Positions 9,436 through 18,855 of a DNA stretch of 63,339 bases are shown here, piece after piece. Numbering within the stretch: the first letter of the stretch is position 1; every line of letters begins with the position of its first letter. Source of the DNA: Actinomycetota bacterium (GTDB taxonomy: Bacteria > Actinomycetota > Geothermincolia > Fen-727 > Anoxymicrobiaceae); assembly GCA_020062425.1 (NCBI GenBank), contig JAGUWJ010000010.1, positions 1 through 63,339 on the forward strand. The letters run 5' to 3'. The position numbers and the translations under genes are program-made. The notes beneath the pieces were generated by a model. It did no database searches and had not been told where the DNA came from. It was given only the letters and a program-made list of their open reading frames with translations.

Positions 9436-11112
9436 TCATGCTTCTTCTGATTGGGCCACCTCCTCATCTCTCAGGACCTTCTTGAAGACCTTCTCGGTAA
9501 CCGTCAACGGGAGAGCGTCCCTGAATTCCAACGTCCTGGGTACTGCATAGGGGGGAAGCTTCTCCCTGCAATGAGCGATGATCTCGTCCTCTCCCACCTC
9601 GCCCTTGTACTCGTTCGACAGGACAACGAAGGCCTTTATCCGTTCGCTGCCCGGCCGTTCAGGATCGGGAATCCCGATTGCAGCGGCCACCGAGACGGCG
9701 GGGTGCTCGAATAGGACATCGTCCACCACAGTGGAATAGACTTTGTTGCCGGATACGTTGATCATGTCCTTGGTCCGGTCCACCAGGAAGAAGTAGCCGT
9801 CCTCGTCCATCCGGCAGAGGTCCCCCGTGGGCAACCAACCGTCCTCGAGACCATCCCCCGCTGTAGGCCAGTACCCCTTCATGACCTGCGGACCGCGCAC
9901 GTAGAGCTCTCCGACCTCACCCTGGGGAACCTCTTTGCCTGTTCCCGGATCCACCACCTTCGATTCCGTGTCCACGACGGGCAGCCCTATGGAGCCCGTC
10001 TTCTCGAAGGGCATGAACCCGGTTATCTTCGCGAAGCTGGAGAGGTTGAAGTGAGTGAGAGGGCCGGTCTCCGTCAGCCCGTAAGCCTCTGTTATGGGCA
10101 TCCCGGTGACTTTGCGGAAGCGTTTTCCGACTTCGGGGGGAAGAGGGGCCGCGCCCGAAGTGAAGGTGGTGTTGGTCCGGGTCAACTTCTCCTCGGTCAA
10201 CCTCATGTACTGGGTAGGCACCAGCGTGGCAAGGAACGGCCTGCTTTTGAGCGCCTCCGCGATGGCAGCGTTGTCCCTGGGATCGGGGATCATTATCATC
10301 TGCAGGCCCCAGTTCACGGCCGACCGCATTCCGAGGTGGCCGTAGGCGTGAAACACGGGTACACCGATGAGTATGGAAGCCTTGCCCTTGACACCCTTCT
10401 CGAGGGGACCCAGTACCCATGGGAGCAGCTGCATAGTGTTTGCGACCATATTGAAGTGTGTCAGCATCACGCCCTTTGGCCTGCCGGTCGCTCCCCCCGT
10501 GAACACCAGCAGGGCCAGGTCCTCCCTGGGATCGATCTCGACGTCCGGCGGCTCCGGTTCATGGGCCGCCAGCAAGTCCTGGAACTGGAGAGTCCCCTCT
10601 TCGTCGTCGGCCACTGCCGGCTCGGCGGCGTATTCCCGCGGGTGTGTGAGGATCACAGACTCGAGCGCTGTCTCGGCCTTGACGCTTTTCACCAGGTCGC
10701 AAGAGCGATTAAGGCAGATGATGGCCCTCGCGCCCGACTCCCCCAACTCCCATATCAGGTCACGCTCACGGTGCAGGGGGCTGCAGGGCACATGGGCGCT
10801 GCCGGTCTTCTGTATCGCATATTCACTGATGACGAACTGGGGGCAGGTGGGAAGGATTGTCGCAACCTTGTCACCCTTGCCGATGCCCAGGTCGGCGAGC
10901 GCCGACGCCAGCCTGTCCACCTGTTCGTGCAGTTCACGCCATGTAATGTGGTTTCCCAGGTAGAGGCAGGCTGGCCGGTTGGGATAAGCGGCGGCCGTAT
11001 CGTCGAGCAGCTTGAAGGCCGGCACCTCGGGATAGGGCTCGAAGGTCTGGGCCAGGGCGAAATTCGCCAGCTTGTACCCGGACTTCCATGGCCTTGTATC
11101 GTAAACGCCCAT
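9436..11112 (-). CDS. AMP-forming acyl-CoA synthetase/ligase
   Basis: AMP-binding motifs (LVFTGGATGRPKGV, YGLTE, TGDL, NVSGNKV). ATG 11112 shares one base with the TGA stop of the upstream AOR gene (TGATG coupling). Confidence 0.85.
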   Translation of the reverse strand: MGVYDTRPWKSGYKLANFALAQTFEPYPEVPAFKLLDDTAAAYPNRPACLYLGNHITWRELHEQVDRLASALADLGIGKGDKVATILPTCPQFVISEYAIQKTGSAHVPCSPLHRERDLIWELGESGARAIICLNRSCDLVKSVKAETALESVILTHPREYAAEPAVADDEEGTLQFQDLLAAHEPEPPDVEIDPREDLALLVFTGGATGRPKGVMLTHFNMVANTMQLLPWVLGPLEKGVKGKASILIGVPVFHAYGHLGMRSAVNWGLQMIMIPDPRDNAAIAEALKSRPFLATLVPTQYMRLTEEKLTRTNTTFTSGAAPLPPEVGKRFRKVTGMPITEAYGLTETGPLTHFNLSSFAKITGFMPFEKTGSIGLPVVDTESKVVDPGTGKEVPQGEVGELYVRGPQVMKGYWPTAGDGLEDGWLPTGDLCRMDEDGYFFLVDRTKDMINVSGNKVYSTVVDDVLFEHPAVSVAAAIGIPDPERPGSERIKAFVVLSNEYKGEVGEDEIIAHCREKLPPYAVPRTLEFRDALPLTVTEKVFKKVLRDEEVAQSEEA

Positions 11113-12974
11113 CAGGTGGCACCGATCCTTTCCACGACGTAGTCCAGGCCCAACTCCTTCAACTTCTCCGCTGTCGGCTTCCCCGTCGCCTTGTCCCAAC
11201 CCCGGAACTCGTAATAGGCATCGAGCAGGGGCTCCAGGTCGACCACCAGGCCTTCGGCCGGTCCTTCCGGCAGCGGCTCCTCCAGGAGCCGCTTCGGCAG
11301 CGTGTCGTCGGCGCGCGAAGCGCCTTCCCGAACGTTGAAAGCTCTCGCGAGGTTATATATCCGCTCGCCCGCCGTCCTGAACTCGGCCACGTCCATGTCC
11401 CAGCCCGTCGCCGAAGCGATCATGGGGACTACCTCCTCGGCCATCAGAGCCATCCCCATGAACTTGCAGGCGCCAAGGGCGTCGAACGTGGTCAGCGCAT
11501 CCTCCATGTCCTTGACAACCTTGGCCTCCGCCGGGTTTTCCACCGTCACATCTTCAATGGTGCTTTCCTCCACGATAAGGAAGGGAATGTCCAGGAACGT
11601 GGGCCCCTGCACGTAGGCGGTGACGTGGTCGCCTCCACGGTTCGCCGTGGCGAACCCAAGCCCGGTTATCTTGGTCGCCCTGCAGTCGTAGCAGGCCAGC
11701 TCCAGGCCTTTGACGTGCATGGCGAATCTCTCGCTGCCCTGCCCCAGTTTCTCCGACACCCGCTTGGTGCCCTCCGCCAACAGGTCGCCGAGGCCTTCAC
11801 GATTTGCAATACGGTGCACCATGTCCACCATGCCGGCGGCATCGCCGAAATGCAGCTCGATCCCGCCCGCCTGTTCCGCCGTCAGGAGTCCTTTCTCGAA
11901 GCACTCCATCGCGAACGCTATGGTGCTACCCGTCGAAATGGTATCCAGGCCGTAGTCGTTGCAGATTATGGAAGCGTGCGTTATGGGCTCGAGATCGTTG
12001 ACGTCGCACATCGGGCCGAAGACCCCGACGCTCTCGTACTCCGGTCCTTCTCCCTTTGCCTTGTACGGGCCGGACTCGATTTGAGTCTCCCGTCCACACG
12101 CGATCGGACAGGCAAAGCAGGCTCTTCGCCCGGTCAGGATACTCTCGTTGATGGCCGGCCCGTTGATGTCATCAGTATAAGAGCAGACGCCCGTCTGCCA
12201 GTTCCTGGTCGGCAGGCCGCCCTTCACGTTGACCATGTCGATCACCATGACAGTGCCGTAGACCTCAAGCGTCATCTTAAGGAGGCTTTCGTTGACCAGG
12301 TCTGACGCGGCCCTCGTGGCTTCCTTGAAGGCTTCCTTGTCCGCAATCTCGATCTTCTGAGAGCCGGAGGCGGCTATGGCCTTGAGGTTCTTCGACCCCA
12401 TGACTGCCCCGAGCCCGCATCTGCCGAGTGCCCTGTGCTCATCGTTCATGATGGCGGCGTACCTTACCAGGTTCTCGCCGGCGATGCCTATGCATGACAC
12501 GTTGAACTTCTTCCCCAGGTCCTCCTTGAGCGCCGATGTCGTCTCGAAGACATTCTTGCCCCAGAGGCTTGCCGCGTCCTGAAGCCGTGCCGTGCCGTCG
12601 TCGATGACCAGGACGACCGGAGCGTCCGCCTTGCCCTCGAGGATGATGCCGTCGTATCCGGCCTGCTTCAGATCGCGGCCCCATTTGCCTCCTGAATTGG
12701 CCTCCCCCCAAAAACCGGTAAGGGGAGACTTTGCAACCGCGGAAAACCTGCCGGAACTGGGTGACGTGGTCCCCGTCAAAGGTCCGGTCATATATATCAA
12801 CTTGTTCTCCGGGCCCAGTGGATCGATGCCGGGGGGGACCTCCTCGATGAGGTACTTGGTCGCCAGGCCGCTCCCGCCGAGGAGCATGCGTGCGTCTTCT
12901 TCGGGGAGTGGCTCTTCCGATATGGTCCCGCTGGAGAGATTGACTCTCAGCACTTTTCCCATGAATCCGTACAT
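11112..12974 (-). CDS. aor: Tungsten-type aldehyde:ferredoxin oxidoreductase family protein
   Basis: N-terminus MYGFMGKVLRVNLSSG; motifs GPEYESVG, CFACPIACGRE, DTISTG, DALGACKF; 620 aa. Confidence 0.9.
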   Translation of the reverse strand: MYGFMGKVLRVNLSSGTISEEPLPEEDARMLLGGSGLATKYLIEEVPPGIDPLGPENKLIYMTGPLTGTTSPSSGRFSAVAKSPLTGFWGEANSGGKWGRDLKQAGYDGIILEGKADAPVVLVIDDGTARLQDAASLWGKNVFETTSALKEDLGKKFNVSCIGIAGENLVRYAAIMNDEHRALGRCGLGAVMGSKNLKAIAASGSQKIEIADKEAFKEATRAASDLVNESLLKMTLEVYGTVMVIDMVNVKGGLPTRNWQTGVCSYTDDINGPAINESILTGRRACFACPIACGRETQIESGPYKAKGEGPEYESVGVFGPMCDVNDLEPITHASIICNDYGLDTISTGSTIAFAMECFEKGLLTAEQAGGIELHFGDAAGMVDMVHRIANREGLGDLLAEGTKRVSEKLGQGSERFAMHVKGLELACYDCRATKITGLGFATANRGGDHVTAYVQGPTFLDIPFLIVEESTIEDVTVENPAEAKVVKDMEDALTTFDALGACKFMGMALMAEEVVPMIASATGWDMDVAEFRTAGERIYNLARAFNVREGASRADDTLPKRLLEEPLPEGPAEGLVVDLEPLLDAYYEFRGWDKATGKPTAEKLKELGLDYVVERIGAT

Positions 12975-13096
12975 CTCAGTTCCTTTCCCTTAAGAGCTCC
13001 ACGCTTTCGCCAGCTCCGCATGACCTGCCGTCACGTGCGGCCAGCAGGGTTTGAGACGGTCGAGGCCGGAGACGCCTCGCATATGGATTTCAGGGA

Positions 13097-13528
13097 CTAT
13101 TCGCCGAGGTAGCTGGCTTCAAAGGAACTGATGGAGTCCGCCACCGCCCTGATGAACTTGGCATTGCGCATAACCTTGCTCATGTCACCCTTGAGTGTGA
13201 AGATGCCCTTGACCACGCCTTCGATGAAGTCTTTCTCTCCCTTTACCACTTCCTTGAAGGCACCGTAGTCACCCGTGCACAAGAACCCCGCCTCGACCTC
13301 GGAAGGGTCTTTGAGCTCGCGCGAATCCTTGCACTTCCCGGTGCCGGGTTCGGGCTCCAGGTAAACATAGTGTGTTTCCTCCAGGCCCGACCCGGGCAAG
13401 ACCTCGAATACCCAGCTCCCGTTCCAGCCGACTCCCCACTTCGTGCCCGTTTCCGCGACTCGTTCGCTGCCGTTGATTGCTACTTTCCAGGCGTCACACC
13501 ATTCCTGAGATGGATATAGAACTGCCAT
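13097..13528 (-). CDS. SCP2 sterol-carrier-like domain protein
   Basis: 143 aa; the C-terminal part, FTLKGDMSKVMRNAKFIRAV, matches the SCP2 fold signature. Confidence 0.65.
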   Translation of the reverse strand: MAVLYPSQEWCDAWKVAINGSERVAETGTKWGVGWNGSWVFEVLPGSGLEETHYVYLEPEPGTGKCKDSRELKDPSEVEAGFLCTGDYGAFKEVVKGEKDFIEGVVKGIFTLKGDMSKVMRNAKFIRAVADSISSFEASYLGE

Positions 13529-13558
13529 TTCCCAGACCTCCTTTTCCCTGTCTTCTGC

Positions 13559-14818
13559 CTAAATGGTTTCAGTCTCGTACCAGTACCTGGCGTTCTCCAG
13601 TATCTTGAGGGCCTTTCCGCCCATCCACAGACCGATTACTTTCTGGTCCCTCCAGTGCTTCTCGATATCGCCTTCCCTCGAGTACCCGTAGGAGCCCATG
13701 AAGTCCATAGCCCGGGAACAGGCCCACTCAACTGCGGTTGTGGCGTGGACGGCCAGCCCCCTCGTCTTCAGGCAGAATTCGTCGCTCCAGGGATCCATGC
13801 CGTAGATCTCCGGGTGGTCGTGCTCTCGGATATAGGCCCAGGTCCACGCCGAGGTGGACTCGATAGCAATGGCGACATCGGAGAGCATGTCCGCGCAGAT
13901 GCTGTGCTCCTTGAGTTTCTTTCCGGCGATGACCCTCTCGTTCGTCCACTTCTTGATGATCTCGTAGACGTTCTTCATGACTCCGATGCACATGGCGGCG
14001 GAGCCTATGTTTCCCGTGCTGATGCAATGCCGCCAGTATTCCACGTCGTCCCCGGGGCCATGTGCCCTGTACCGCTTCGGCACACGCACATGGTCGAACC
14101 AGATGTCGGTGTTCATGTCCGCCGACATCCCGGCTTTCAGGTACGGCTTGCCTACCGAGACGCCTTCTGCATCGGCCGGGACGAAGATGTATGCGATGTC
14201 TTTAAGATCAGTAGAACCTGGATTCGTACTGCATACGACTCCGAAGAGATCGGCTATCTCACCTGAGTTAGTGGGCCAGATTTTGTGACCGTTTACTATC
14301 CATTCGTCCCCGTCGAGGGTAGCGCTGGTCGCGATCGTTCTGCCCTTCATTACTCCGACGTTCTCCACGTCGGCGCCGCTTGCCGGCTCCGTCATGGCAT
14401 GGCACCCCACATAGAGGTCATCGCCACAGAACTTCTCACCAAACTCTATACAGAGCTCCATGTTCCTATGCGGCTCTGCGAGGATCGGGATCAACGGCCA
14501 GACCGAACAGGCTACCGCCACGGAGAAGCCGGAGTCGATCCTGGCCAGCTCTTCGATCACAATGGCGATCATAGCCATCAACTCCGGCATATCCGTTCCG
14601 CCGGCCTCGGCGGGAAAGAAGGCAGGATTTATCCCCAGGTCTACCAGCACTTCCTTCATAAGCGGCTTGACAAGTTCGTGTTTTTGCCAGTCACCGTCGA
14701 TCTCGCGCCGGATAGGCATCAGCTTGTCTTCGGCCCACTCCCGGATGACCTTGCCAATGTCGTTCACGAAATCCGAACACCACTCCTTCGGCCGAATAAA
14801 ATCATCTATTGTCGGCAT
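13559..14818 (-). CDS. Acyl-CoA dehydrogenase family protein
   Basis: ACAD pattern (MTEPASGADV, W.TN, C-terminal helical domain). ATG 14818 follows GGAAGGAGG. Confidence 0.85.
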   Translation of the reverse strand: MPTIDDFIRPKEWCSDFVNDIGKVIREWAEDKLMPIRREIDGDWQKHELVKPLMKEVLVDLGINPAFFPAEAGGTDMPELMAMIAIVIEELARIDSGFSVAVACSVWPLIPILAEPHRNMELCIEFGEKFCGDDLYVGCHAMTEPASGADVENVGVMKGRTIATSATLDGDEWIVNGHKIWPTNSGEIADLFGVVCSTNPGSTDLKDIAYIFVPADAEGVSVGKPYLKAGMSADMNTDIWFDHVRVPKRYRAHGPGDDVEYWRHCISTGNIGSAAMCIGVMKNVYEIIKKWTNERVIAGKKLKEHSICADMLSDVAIAIESTSAWTWAYIREHDHPEIYGMDPWSDEFCLKTRGLAVHATTAVEWACSRAMDFMGSYGYSREGDIEKHWRDQKVIGLWMGGKALKILENARYWYETETI

Positions 14819-14990
14819 GCTTTGCCTCCTTCCTTTCTCGACATTCCGGGCCATGTCCCGAGCTGACCCTTGCTCTTCGCCGTAGCTCTGTCATATATCC
14901 CCTCCCCTGCATGTGGTTTTAGAGGACTCATCGCAGCGAATGCCGAGGAAAGTGCTTCACTGCAGAGGCCTCTTCTCAATTCTTGTAGCC

Positions 14991-15005
14991 GCAAAAAGCG
15001 TGCCA
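14991..15005 (-). promoter_or_regulatory. Sigma-54 (-24/-12) promoter for the ACAD-to-MoaD operon
   Basis: The minus strand reads TGGCACGCTTTTTGC, which is TGGCAC-N5-TTGC with exact spacing. It lies about 170 nt upstream of ATG 14818 and faces the operon. Confidence 0.65.
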
Positions 15006-15114
15006 AAAACGCTTTTCCTGAAGTCGAAATTTGAAAATAACCGAAAAAAGTAAGTCACCATGCGCATATCGACTGGTAGTTCTCGTCCGACAGGTCTTCT
15101 GTTTCCAGCGGGTG

Positions 15115-15145
15115 TTGTACCTATGTGGAACAGAGTGTCGTACAA
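15115..15145. promoter_or_regulatory. Candidate enhancer (UAS) inverted repeat TTGTAC-N19-GTACAA
   Basis: Inverted repeat located 110-140 bp upstream of the -24 element, inside an AT-richer divergent intergenic region of roughly 500 bp. Confidence 0.3.
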
Positions 15146-15324
15146 TAAAGGCGAGGAATTGGGACAGGCTGTCGCAGAATGCGTTTGAGCATTTACATCC
15201 GGCCGAGTTCCTGATATTACTAAACGGCCGGAGTTCTAAAGAAGCGAAGACCTCGAGGATACGGACACCGCAGACAGCTGGCTTCACCCACTGGCAGGGA
15301 GAAGAAGGGGGACAGACTGTCACT

Positions 15325-16704
15325 ATGCGCGCGCAGATGAAATTGACGCCCGGCGTCTCCGTTCGAGGCGCGCCATCTCTTCACCATGCCCGATTTGCCA
15401 ACCTTATGGAGATGCCTTCCGATGCGTTCCTGAGATTCCTGGAGCAGGCGGCGGAGTCAAATCCCTGCCTGGGGGTCCAACCGGGACGACAGGATTATTA
15501 CCTGGATGGGGGGCGATTGTCCCCGATTGAAGACAAAGCGGTACGAGTTCGTGATTCCGTCGACGCCGGCCGCTTCGTCTCCCGGGATAGCAGCCGCGAC
15601 GAGATCGACAGGTGCAGCGTCCCCGACCACTTCACTGGATCTTTGCGATTGTACCTGCAGTCGTCGATGCGGAAGGCGAATGGACCGGCTTTGGAGGCGG
15701 CTGCCGAGGCTGTCATTCCGTTTATCGATGACCGGGGATTCCTGAGCGAGGAGCCAGAGGAGATCGCCTCCGACAGCGGATTCTCCAAGGAGGAGATAAG
15801 CCGGGCAATCGGGGTCATCAAGTCTATCCCGCCCGGCGGGGTAGGCTCGCGCAACCTGCCCGATTTCTTGTGGTGGCAATGCCGGGGATCGAAATGGGAT
15901 ACGCCCGCCATGCATCGGTTGACCCACGACCTTCTGCGCGACGTCGCGAGGGGCAACATCTCCAGGATCCGGCGTGAGCTGCGCGTCGGCGAACAGAAGG
16001 TCCGGAGCATGGTCCAGGTACTGAAAGGCCTGCGGCCTTACCCGACCCACGGAATGGACATTCAGCCTTCTGACTCGCCAGGGCTTGCCCGACTGTCACC
16101 CGACTTCTGGGTCCGCTGTCCGGGAGACGGAAGCTGTATGCTCGAGATGCGCGAGCCGGACATCGAAATCCAGCACATTACGGCCCCAACTGATCCCAGT
16201 TCCGTATCGAGGGCGCCCTCAGGCCAGAAACCGGAATCGGAATGGGATTTGAAGGCCCGGTCGCTCGCACTGGAGGCGCGAGACCTGCGGGAAGTAGCAA
16301 TAGAGCGAGGGCGCGTATTACGCAGAGTCGCGGCAGCCCTCATCGAGGTGCAAAAGGAGTGGCTGTCGGCCAGGAACGATTATCTCGAGCCGCTGACGGA
16401 ATCGGAGCTGGCGGAGCAGCTCGACATCCCCTTGAGCACGGTGAGCCGCGCTCTGAAGGACAGGTATGTCGCCTGTCCCCGCGGCACCTATCCGCTCAAG
16501 CACCTCCTTTCACGAGGCCTGTCCGCCGCGGACAACATCGGCGTCTCGAAGGATTTCGTATGCCAGCTGATCGCCAGACTCGACCGCGAAGCAGAAGGAA
16601 GGAAGATCACCGACGCGGAGATGGCGAAGCTTCTGGAGCAGCAGGGAATACATGTAGCCAGGCGAACCGTCAACAAATACCGCAACCAGATGAGTGGATT
16701 TTGA
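15325..16704 (+). CDS. rpoN: RNA polymerase sigma-54 factor, divergent form
   Basis: C-terminal HTH and RpoN box (ARRTVNKYRNQM); core-binding-like region; short, Gln-poor region I. ATG 15325 follows GAAGGGGGA. Confidence 0.8.
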   Translation: MRAQMKLTPGVSVRGAPSLHHARFANLMEMPSDAFLRFLEQAAESNPCLGVQPGRQDYYLDGGRLSPIEDKAVRVRDSVDAGRFVSRDSSRDEIDRCSVPDHFTGSLRLYLQSSMRKANGPALEAAAEAVIPFIDDRGFLSEEPEEIASDSGFSKEEISRAIGVIKSIPPGGVGSRNLPDFLWWQCRGSKWDTPAMHRLTHDLLRDVARGNISRIRRELRVGEQKVRSMVQVLKGLRPYPTHGMDIQPSDSPGLARLSPDFWVRCPGDGSCMLEMREPDIEIQHITAPTDPSSVSRAPSGQKPESEWDLKARSLALEARDLREVAIERGRVLRRVAAALIEVQKEWLSARNDYLEPLTESELAEQLDIPLSTVSRALKDRYVACPRGTYPLKHLLSRGLSAADNIGVSKDFVCQLIARLDREAEGRKITDAEMAKLLEQQGIHVARRTVNKYRNQMSGF

Positions 16705-16749
16705 TATGGAGAGGGTGGAACACGAAAACGGGATGCTGGAGGTAGCGGC

Positions 16750-18780
16750 GTGAAAACCCATATGGGAGAGACGATTTCCGCTCCTTCTGAAGAGTACCTG
16801 GAAAAAGTCCAGGCAGCCTGGAGGAAGTATGCCGAGACAGGGGTTCTGGACAGGGATAGCGTAAGGCCGGCTATCGCCAACTCATGGGAACGCTGCGCCA
16901 GGCTGGGCCTGGATCCGTGCTCGCGCAGTATCCAGACGACTGTCGAGGACGAGGGGGTGCGCCGACGCATAATCGAGAACGAGGCGTTCCTCGAGACCGC
17001 GCGTCCGTTCATGGCAAACCTCTACAACTCTTTGAAGGAAGTAGACCTTATGATCGCTCTCCTGGACAGGGACGGCCTGATACTTGAGATCATGGGGGAT
17101 GGTTTGATAACCGACCTATGCGCCTGGGGAGGCCTGGTACAGGGGCAGTTCTGGACGGAGGAGACCATAGGCACTACCGCACCTTCCATCACCCTTGTGA
17201 CCGGGGACCCGCAGCAGGTCGTTGCTGAGGAACACTGGCTCGAGATATGCAAGGGATGCACCTGCGCCGCGGCGCCTATCAAAGGCCCCGACGGCGTGCT
17301 GGTGGGGGTCCTGAACATAACTGCCCTTTACGAGGAGGCCGGCGCGCACCTCCATACGTACGGTATGGCCATCGCGGCATCGAGAGCGATCGAGACCGCC
17401 CTGAAGGTCCGGTCCATCTCGGTTCAGCTTGACACCGCCAATAAGTTCCTGCATTCGGCCATACGCTCCATATCAGACGGCCTTATTCTCCTGGATCACG
17501 ACTTGGAGGTAATCGATGCGAATCCCCTGGCCAGGAAGATAATCGGGCCAAGCCTCGTACCCGGCGCGAACTTGCAGAACGCGTTTAAGGACCGCCGGGA
17601 TTACAAGCGGATCAGGAAAGTGCTGATGGGACGCGAGGGCTTCTACGGACAGGAGCTGATATTCGTGAACCCATCGGGGGACGATCAGCGGTTCATCGTC
17701 GATGCGGAGCCGGTGATGGATAAGGACAGGGAGTGTATTGGAGTACTGCTGGTCTTGCGGGAGATGGGCAGGGCAAGGAAGCTGGCGCACCGGATGTACG
17801 GAGCTCACGCCATCTATACCTTCGACGACCTGATTGGAAACGAAGTGGAGTTCCGGCTGTGCCTGAAGAACGCGAAACTGGCCGCCAGCGCCGACTGCCC
17901 GATTGTATTGACCGGTGAGAGTGGAACGGGCAAAGAGATGTTCGCCCAGGCCATCCACAACTTCTCCGATCGCGCCAGCGGGCCTTTCATCCCCATCAAC
18001 TGCGCGGCGATCCCGCGCGACCTCCTGGAGAGCGAGCTATTGGGATATGAGGAGGGGGCCTTCACTGGAGCGAAGAAAGGCGGCAACCCGGGCAAGTTCG
18101 AACTCGCCGACCAGGGCACCATCTTCCTGGACGAGATTGATTCCATGCCCCTGGAACTACAGGCCAAGCTGCTGCGGGTCCTGGAGGAAAAGCGCGTCCT
18201 CCGGCTGGGAGGCATGAGCTTCATCCCGGTTGACGTACGGGTGGTGGCGGCATCGTGTAAAGACCTGCAGCAGAAGGTACGCGAGGATAGCTTCCGCGGC
18301 GACCTCTTCTTCCGTATCAATGTCGTGAATATAGACCTACCCCCTCTGCGGGAGAGGCGCGGGGACATACCGCTGCTGGCCAGCCACTTCGTGGCAAAGT
18401 ACTCGAAATCGCCTGATGATGCCAAGAGGTACCTGCAGCCAGAGATCCTTGAAACGCTCCAGGCCTACGATTGGCCCGGAAATGTGCGGGAGCTTTCCAA
18501 CTGGGCGGAGCGGATCCTTGCGGTAGGCGGCATGCAGTATGAGCCAAGGCGGGCGGCAGTGCCGTCACCGATAGTGATCGATGGTGAAGAGGCCACTACT
18601 GCCGGCCTGGAGAACAATGGGCGCAAGCTGGGTGAGGCCGAGGCCTTGTGCATTTCGGAAGCCATCAAGAGTAACAGGTATAACATGTCGAAAGCAGCGG
18701 CGGACTTGGGGATAAGCCGCTCCACTCTGTACAGGAAGATGGCTAAGTACGACATCGACGGGCACAGGCACGCAGGATAA
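16750..18780 (+). CDS. Sigma-54-dependent transcriptional activator (GAF/PAS sensory N-terminus, AAA+ domain, Fis-type HTH)
   Basis: Walker A GESGTGKE, GAFTGA loop (EGAFTGA), Walker B IFLDEI, C-terminal HTH (NMSKAAADLGISRSTLYRKM). Confidence 0.9.
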   Translation: MKTHMGETISAPSEEYLEKVQAAWRKYAETGVLDRDSVRPAIANSWERCARLGLDPCSRSIQTTVEDEGVRRRIIENEAFLETARPFMANLYNSLKEVDLMIALLDRDGLILEIMGDGLITDLCAWGGLVQGQFWTEETIGTTAPSITLVTGDPQQVVAEEHWLEICKGCTCAAAPIKGPDGVLVGVLNITALYEEAGAHLHTYGMAIAASRAIETALKVRSISVQLDTANKFLHSAIRSISDGLILLDHDLEVIDANPLARKIIGPSLVPGANLQNAFKDRRDYKRIRKVLMGREGFYGQELIFVNPSGDDQRFIVDAEPVMDKDRECIGVLLVLREMGRARKLAHRMYGAHAIYTFDDLIGNEVEFRLCLKNAKLAASADCPIVLTGESGTGKEMFAQAIHNFSDRASGPFIPINCAAIPRDLLESELLGYEEGAFTGAKKGGNPGKFELADQGTIFLDEIDSMPLELQAKLLRVLEEKRVLRLGGMSFIPVDVRVVAASCKDLQQKVREDSFRGDLFFRINVVNIDLPPLRERRGDIPLLASHFVAKYSKSPDDAKRYLQPEILETLQAYDWPGNVRELSNWAERILAVGGMQYEPRRAAVPSPIVIDGEEATTAGLENNGRKLGEAEALCISEAIKSNRYNMSKAAADLGISRSTLYRKMAKYDIDGHRHAG

Positions 18781-18855
18781 CCGGAACAAGGCTCGTCGCC
18801 AGCCCGGGTTTTTCTACGACGCGAGATTCCTGCAAGAGCCGATCATACGAATAAC

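Noticed and set aside
11112-12974. AOR-family protein as a BamB-type class II benzoyl-CoA reductase subunit
   Set aside because: No BamC-I-like ferredoxin, heterodisulfide-reductase-like or NADH:quinone-like partners are adjacent, and the sequence carries standard AOR motifs. It cannot be excluded without a phylogeny.
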